This document shows positions 63,634 to 64,000 of a DNA stretch of 64,000 nucleotides, in pieces (within the stretch, counting starts at the first letter, position 1; each line of letters starts with the position of its first letter). The notes under the pieces are model-generated. The model made no database searches, was not told the DNA's origin, and saw only the letters and a program-made list of their open reading frames with translations. The position numbers and the translations under genes were made by a program. Origin of the DNA: Botryllus schlosseri (Eukaryota); NCBI GenBank assembly GCA_051294905.1, contig CM119372.1, forward strand, positions 39,186,001 through 39,250,000, given 5' to 3'.

Positions 63634-63766
63634 CAGGGTTGCCATACCGTCCTTATTTCTAAGATTTGTCCTTATTTTGAAGGGCCACGTCTTAGAAAAC
63701 TCAACTGTCCTTATTTTAAAGAAATGTCTTTATTTTTGACTTGCGTCCTTATTTTGTCTTATTTTC
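63634..63766. mobile_element. hAT-type MITE left end with CCTTATTT repeats
   Basis: CAGGGTTGCCATACCGTCCTTATTT followed by several GTCCTTATTT copies; right end not seen. Confidence 0.6.
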
Positions 63767-64000
63767 AACAACTATAGAAGTTCGACCGTTCTCCTCTGGT
63801 ATCTGTGTTGCATAATATTCATAAATTTGCGTAGAGATTTTATGACATCATAAAGTAAAGGAACTATCGTGACGTACACACCATAAGATTTGACTTCTAA
63901 GTGGTGAGATAGCTCGGGCCGTGAGTGGTTTCGTCTGTAGCAAGCTACCACGGCGGACGTCATTTTAGCAGTAAACAGCAGTACCAGGTTCCTGCTGTTT

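Overview
Eukaryotic (metazoan) AT-rich, transposon-dense genomic DNA; a marine invertebrate such as a tunicate is plausible but is only an inference. Two host genes can be supported. (1) A 6-exon, ~423-aa secreted cysteine-rich protein (9574-14234, +), visible only as fragments in the ORF track. It has a signal peptide, a duplicated pair of galaxin-like di-cysteine exons and a C-terminal NTR/C345C-like module, and all five introns are phase 1. (2) An intronless class A GPCR with WRL in place of DRY (55265-56335, +). The rest is layered mobile DNA. A decayed Gypsy LTR element carries a MITE>SINE>MITE nest. A Penelope-like RT remnant is split by three insertions: a 5.5-kb CACTA/EnSpm-type element with a decayed spliced cargo, a hAT MITE holding a near-complete CR1-group LINE with a PHD-capped ORF2, and a 153-bp MITE. 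There are also tRNA-derived SINEs whose 3' tail resembles that LINE's tail, and about a dozen hAT-type non-autonomous elements with 8-bp TSDs, one retaining a transposase dimerisation-domain remnant. No rRNA, true tRNA or CRISPR array was seen. All family assignments come from motif recognition by eye, without database searches.
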